Of a DNA stretch of 55,699 nt, positions 49,622 to 55,699 are shown in pieces; positions within the stretch are counted from its first letter, which is position 1, and each line of letters opens with the position of its first letter. Both the position numbers and the translations under genes were made by a program. The notes below the pieces were generated by a model, which did not search any database, was not told the DNA's origin, and saw nothing but the letters and a program-made list of their open reading frames with translations. Origin of the DNA: Aplysia californica (taxonomy: Eukaryota); contig NW_004798197.1 in assembly GCF_000002075.1 (NCBI RefSeq), positions 143,610-199,308 of the forward strand, in the 5' to 3' direction.

Positions 49622-50402
49622 GACATAGACGTACACGTGTTATTTATCCGCTCTGTGTGGATGGGGGTGGGGTAGGATTGGGGCTATATCGTCGCTGTCA
49701 CTCATTGCCGAATGTCAAAATAGGTTCACGGGAGAACTGTTGTTTTGTTTTTTTATTTCTCTCAGCATGTTGTCTTAATACAATATGTTCATTTCATCGA
49801 AATCCGTTACTATTTTAAGAAGAGGAATGAGACTTGGGCCAATTTATGGGTGTCGTCAAACTCAACAACATGGGCTGCTTGATTTTCAAGTTTTTAGAAA
49901 TTTAGATGTTGTTTCTGTCTGTCTGTCTTTCTTTTATCCATCACTAAAAATGACCATTATTGTGTCGATGTACTTCTCTTTTTTCAAACTCAAACACGAA
50001 GTTTTGACACACTGCAATACTGGCAGACGCAGATGATTTGTGATGACTTAAAACTGTGCATGGGTGTAGTGGATGGCTTGTTTCTCCCCTCCCGGGANNN
50101 NNNNNNNNNNNNNNNNNNNNNNNNNNNNNNNNNNNNNNNNNNNNNNNNNNNNNNNNNNNNNNNNNNNNNNNNNNNNNNNNNNNNNNNNNNNNNNNNNGGA
50201 GTGGCTAATTATGTGATGACTGAGACTGTACAGATACAGCTGACAACTCTACAGTTTTGTGTTCAAGAAGTAAACAATAAAGGAAACTACGTCAACTCAC
50301 GCCTCGTTTTGTTGTCTTCTTCTTGTGCCTGGGGGTTTTGGGGGTAGGTTTTTTTGGACATTTTTAACAAAAGTGTTTTTATGCCTTCTTCAACACAGTT
50401 TA

Positions 50403-50578
50403 GTGGGTGGTTGGTGGGTGCTCTGGTGTGGTTTGCTCCTTCTTTCCTATTAAACATACATATATTGTCCTTTTCTCTCCTTTTTTGTGTTTGTTACTCT
50501 CTTGTAACACTTCTAATCTGCGGCACTTACATGACCTTATTGTGTTGCAAGTGCTGTAAAACTCTTACTAAAACCAAA
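50403..50578 (+). repeat. ~170-bp interspersed repeat copy
   Basis: Aligns to 11305-11478 and 33847-34024. Confidence 0.8.
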
Positions 50579-50982
50579 GTACACAGTTTAGATATTTAGG
50601 AGGCGGGCTTCCTGTCAGGGCCAACCTGGGCTGAGAGTTGTATGGTACCCAACATTCCAGCAGAAAGACTGACACCATACTTGATAAAAATTTCTGGGAA
50701 GTCTGTTCTGCGTGCAGCAGCCAAGCGCCTAACCTCATGAACTGAGGAAGACATTCTTGAACATCCGAGGAGGAAGAGAAGCTGTAGACATTGCTGGCTA
50801 CTTCAGGAAGAGAGAAGATAGTCCTTGATTATTCCTTTACTTTCTCTCTTTTCTGATTTAACCATGCCAGTTAGTTCAAATAATAACAAGCAGCTGATGA
50901 CCACAATTTGCTGTTGACAGCATCGCCTTTCCTTTTCTTTAAGAGCTTTGCCTTTTCTTTTAATTTAATGATATTTAAAATA

Positions 50983-52522
50983 TACTGACCGGCATAAAGA
51001 ACGCGAAAAATTAACACCATGTGTAGAAATCAAAACTGAGTATTTTCGTGAGTTGTTTTCATTTGTCTCTATTCACAATGTGTTCTTGTTATAGGATTGG
51101 CTCGATTTAAAAAACAACACGTTCATTGGCCGCTTATGCATCTAACAATACAACAAAGCAACTCTCCCAATGGTACGCAGTTGAAACGTGAATTTTTGCT
51201 CACATGATAAGGTGGTCTGGCCTATAAATTCTCTGCCCTAAAATATTTGAGTGTTGCATAGTCCGACTATCGAGATGCCAAGATTATCGGCGGAAAATCG
51301 AGAAAGAGCTATTGGATGTTCTGCAAGCCGGAGAGAGCCCTCAGCACATGGCAACAGTCCTGGGAGTTCATGCTAGCACTATCTACCCCATGCAAAACAT
51401 ATTCCAGACAACCAACTCCACGAGAGATCTCCAAAGAAGCGGAAGACCTCGACTGACAACAGCTTCCCCAGATCACTTCGTCGAGCGTCACTATTGCCGA
51501 GATCCACGGTTTGTCTACCTTCAAGACAGCCCAGAACACCATAGGAACGCACGGTAGAGCTGTGAGTGACCGCACCATATGCCGCCGACTTGTGGCCAGG
51601 GGGCTGCGTTGTCAGGGTCCGGAGTAGAAAGCGCCCCTGAACGTGCATCATCGACGAGCTCGTCTCCAGTGCCAGTGGGTTCAGAACCAAGTTAACTGGC
51701 GTCATCGGCAATGACAGCGTGTGTTCTTCAGCGACGAGAGTCGCTTCTGCATCGATCTTGACAATAGATGGGGCCCGAATTTGGCGCGCCCCAGACAATG
51801 CGATTCTTACGTGAAGATCTGGGAGAGAGACCCGAGGGGAGGTCAAAACGTGATGAAATGGGGCGCGATCAGTATCAATCAAAGACTGGGCCCCATAATC
51901 TTCCAAAATTTAGGACCTGGGCGTGGCAACGGAGTGACAGCACAGCGCTACATCCACCAAGTCCTGCAGCCCCATGTTGCTCCATTTTTCCAGAGACATC
52001 AAAACCACCTCTTTCAGCAGGATAACGACCGGCCTCATACAGCACGTGCTACCCAGCAGTTCCTGGTGCAGAACAACATACCCACCACAATGTCTCACCC
52101 ACCCCGTTCACAAGATGTGAACCCAATAGAACACCTTTGGGACATCCTTCAGAGGTGTCTCAATCAACTCCAGCCCAGACTCCGCACAGCTGTACACCTG
52201 GGTGCTGCTATTTTTCAAGAGTGGGTGCAGCTTCCTAACTGATAAATCAATCGTTTTGTCCACTCTGTGCACTGCTGATGAACTGTTGTCATCAACACTA
52301 ATATGGGCCATACCTGATACTGACAGGCACTTAAGCCCCAAGGTCAAGGTCATTGGTGCCGAATTACAAAGTCTGTCCCTAAGCACATTCCCAACTCTCT
52401 CATTGTTTTCTTCAATTTGAGTCACCTCAGCCCTGTTTCTCTAAATAAAAATAGATCTATTGCTTCAATTTACTCTCTTTTTCTTGTGTCATGGGAATGC
52501 GCATTACTTTTGCTGGTAAGTA
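50983..52522 (+). mobile_element. Full-length decayed Tc1-family transposon
   Basis: Imperfect ~22-bp TIRs TACTGACCGGCATAAAG../TACTTACCAGCAAAAG..; TA TSD on both sides; internal transposase pseudogene. Confidence 0.9.
51275..52242 (+). pseudogene. Tc1 DDE transposase pseudogene
   Basis: MPRLSAENRERAIG.., HTH, RSGRPR, FSDESRF, QQDNDRPH, SQDVNPIEHLW; frameshifts and stops in the 5' half. Confidence 0.92.
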
Positions 52523-54543
52523 TAAATATATATATATNNNNNNNNNNNNNNNNNNNNNNNNNNNNNNNNNNNNNNNNNNNNNNNNNNNNNNNNNNNNNNN
52601 NNNNNNNNNNNNNNNNNNNNNNNNNNNNNNNNNNNNNNNNNNNNNNNNNNNNNNNNNNNNNNNNNNNNNNNNNNNNNNNNNNNNNNNNNNNNNNNNNNNN
52701 NNNNNNNNNNNNNNNNNNNNNNNNNNNNNNNNNNNNNNNNNNNNNNNNNNNNNNNNNNNNNNNNNNNNNNNNNNNNNNNNNNNNNNNNNNNNNNNNNNNN
52801 NNNNNNNNNNNNNNNNNNNNNNNNNNNNNNNNNNNNNNNNNNNNNNNNNNNNNNNNNNNNNNNNNNNNNNNNNNNNNNNNNNNNNNNNNNNNNNNNNNNN
52901 NNNNNNNNNNNNNNNNNNNNNNNNNNNNNNNNNNNNNNNNNNNNNNNNNNNNNNNNNNNNNNNNNNNNNNNNNNNNNNNNNNNNNNNNNNNNNNNNNNNN
53001 NNNNNNNNNNNNNNNNNNNNNNNNNNNNNNNNNNNNNNNNNNNNNNNNNNNNNNNNNNNNNNNNNNNNNNNNNNNNNNNNNNNNNNNNNNNNNNNNNNNN
53101 NNNNNNNNNNNNNNNNNNNNNNNNNNNNNNNNNNNNNNNNNNNNNNNNNNNNNNNNNNNNNNNNNNNNNNNNNNNNNNNNNNNNNNNNNNNNNNNNNNNN
53201 NNNNNNNNNNNNNNNNNNNNNNNNNNNNNNNNNNNNNNNNNNNNNNNNNNNNNNNNNNNNNNNNNNNNNNNNNNNNNNNNNNNNNNGGGCAGATGACAGA
53301 AGTACATGTCTAGAGAACAGGAAAGGAGGTGAAAGGAGAAGTTTTTAATAAAGAAGAAACATTTTCCGTCGATATCAAGTTTCGAACACGCGACCTATTG
53401 ATTGCGAGGCGTAAACCGTACCTTTAGACCACGAGAGCCCCTCGTTTGTGTGGGTGAAAATATTTCGCTTTAAAATCCAAGCCAGTCTCTTGTCTAAATT
53501 GATCAGCCGCTTTTTCTATGTTTTGCATAAAGCAACAGCACATAGAGTGCAGGCACAATAATAATGCTGTCGTCGCAAAGAGACGGTGGCTTTATCATAC
53601 TCATACTTTATGACGAGGAATCTCCTCGATCGAAAGAAAACTGGACGATAGACTGGAACGTGTAAACAGACACAGAAGTTCGATAAATGGACAGTTCTCG
53701 CATAGTGGGTATACGACGAATCTGACACAATTTATCGACAGTTAAATTGCGTGTAATCGGGGCTTAAGAAAACTGCTGAGTATGGGGCAGCAGCAAGGAG
53801 CTTAGAACTAGGGTTGGCCTTGGCAGGGAGCGCCGGAACCAGCCTCTTATAAATTTTTAATGTTAATGATCTAAATGGTGTCGCTGGGAGCATAAAAACA
53901 CTTTCATTCAGAATTTTTAAAAAGGAAAACAACACCTGTGAAAACTTCTGTCCACTGGAGCATCAAATCGGTTCTTACACTTACACACAATACAGGCGGA
54001 AGGCATTTTTACTAACTGACAACACGACCTATCCCAATAAAACCTTCTTTCTTATCTAGATTTCAGTGCGTGAGTCGGGCAGCCGTCAGCGCAGGTAGAC
54101 CATAGTTCCGCTGCGAGAGAGGGCCCCTATCAGGCGTATGGTGCCGCCACAGAGCATCCTCCATTACTTATAATCTCCTTGGGCAGTAGGTATTTTTTCA
54201 TACATGTATTTGGATTATTAAGAAACCGTTAGGCCTAGGCCTAGGCCTAGAATCTACCTGTTATCATTATTCTCTCTCTCTCTCTCTCTCTCCCCCCCCT
54301 CTCTCTCTCTCTCTTTCTCTCTCTCTNNNNNNNNNNNNNNNNNNNNNNNNNNNNNNNNNNNNNNNNNNNNNNNNNNNNNNNNNNNNNNNNNNNNNNNNNN
54401 NNNNNNNNNNNNNNNNNNNNNNNNNNTCTCTCTCTCTCTCTCTCTCTCTCAAATTAGAACATTAAATACAGAATACAGAAAAAATAAATAAAACACACAC
54501 AAAAAAAGCCCCCAACAAAACACCGATAATGATGCTTCGTTTC

Positions 54544-54576
54544 CACAGAATTCTACACTTAGTGTAGAATTCTGTG
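54544..54576. mobile_element. 33-bp palindromic micro-element with perfect 8-bp TSD
   Basis: CACAGAATTCTACACT-T-AGTGTAGAATTCTGTG flanked by ttcgtttc on both sides. Confidence 0.8.
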
Positions 54577-55234
54577 TTCGTTTCCTATCACAAGCTAGAT
54601 CTATAGCTTTTTGTTTCGTTTTGGTGGGTTACCATCTCGCGGGAAGTGGGAAACTTTTTTTATTCCCTCAAAGGAAAATAAAATTATGAACAAGCAGCAA
54701 TATGCCATATTGAGTGTCTGCTCTTTGGGTTAGTCTTCCTTTTGTGCAATTCTTGAAGTCTTGGGAGGATCTAGAGACGCTCATATTCTTAGATGCTATT
54801 CTTATAAATGACTGTATAATTTTCTGTAGAAAACAACACTTATAGAAAATTGACAATTAAGTCTATGTAACATTTGAATAAAACAACAGAAAAAACCTAA
54901 CAACAGCACCCAAAACCCCCCCCCCCAATCCCAAAACAAGATAAAACAGCGAGAAAAATCCTGTCATACATCACTTCCCCGAAGTAAGCAAGAAGCCAGG
55001 CAAGCATAATTCGAATCGAAACTCGAAACTGGAGTCCAAGACTTTTATACTTTTAACCCTTGCTGTGGACCGTGGAGGTATTTTATGTTTAAATTGCAGC
55101 GTTTTTCTATTTTCTACTTTCCTGAATGGGAAACTTTTTGGACTGTGTGTGTTGTTTTACAAGAAACTTTAAAGGCAAGTGAGATTGCTGCCATGGCCAT
55201 GGTGGTAGTCAAGGCCAAGTCGAGAATAAATTGT

Positions 55235-55566
55235 AGATCTATATATCTAGATTCTAGATATATATCTAGATCTAGAAATCTAGATCTAGATCATTGCCAC
55301 CGAGTAAATTGGAGCTCTTTTGCATTGGTGGGTAGATCTAGCGGTATTTTTTTACCTTCCCTCCCGTCTCACACTCAGCTACCAGTTGTCTAATTTCTAC
55401 TAGATCTAGATTCTAGATCTAGATATAAAATAGGTAGCGTCAATTGCCACCGAGTGACGCGGTGGCAATTGACAAAAATTGACTTTTTGTCAACTGCCAC
55501 CGAGTGAAGCGGTGTCAAGTCTGAAAACAACACCATCTTTAGCTTTATACATAGATCTAGATCTAG
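55235..55566. repeat. (TAGATC)n clusters interleaved with TGCCACCGAGT repeats
   Basis: Directly visible. Confidence 0.8.
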
Positions 55567-55699
55567 GTAGGCCTAATGTGTGTCTACTAATGGGTCGATT
55601 TGTTCTCAACTAATTTTGAAAGTGGCTATTCTCACCCGCCCGGAAGTTCTCGCAAGATCTACTCCTCCCCTCTTCTCTCTCTCTCTGTCTCTTTCTGAA

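Noticed and set aside
50600-50800. Minus-strand HEVRRLAA resembling a tyrosine-recombinase (DIRS) motif
   Set aside because: Single short motif with no other YR residues or element structure
53365-53440. tRNA-like sequences (also about 6655-6720 and 47890-47947)
   Set aside because: A/B-box-like motifs present but stems broken; more likely SINE heads or pseudo-tRNAs than functional tRNA genes

Overview
Eukaryotic (animal) genomic DNA that is intron-rich, repeat-rich and has several N gaps. Repeat content suggests a mollusc or other lophotrochozoan, but this is inference only. Three spliced protein-coding genes can be rebuilt by hand with GT-AG introns and consistent phases. EBNA1BP2/EBP2 is on + (9 coding exons, 757-14504, 290 aa). 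CFAP144/FAM183 is on - (4 coding exons, 29433-18309, 137 aa), convergent with EBP2. FZR1/Cdh1 is on + (13 coding exons, 33720-46765, 480 aa), head-to-head with CFAP144. Most ORFs in the supplied track are spurious. Introns and intergenic DNA hold many DNA transposons whose TIRs and TSDs are directly readable. The most notable is a 2.05-kb internally deleted Chapaev-type element (CAC..GTG ends, 4-bp TSD) with remnants of a RAG1-N-terminal-like zinc finger and a Transib/RAG-like catalytic C-terminus, plus asymmetric bipartite TIRs. Others are a 4.4-kb element with a 9-bp TSD, a full-length decayed Tc1, many MITEs, and 33-46-bp hairpin-only insertions with 8-bp TSDs. Further oddities: a minisatellite made of an amplified FZR1 exon-end/5' splice site, (TAGATC)n palindromic arrays just downstream of each first exon, and a strand-biased retroposon tail with a covarying stem-loop.
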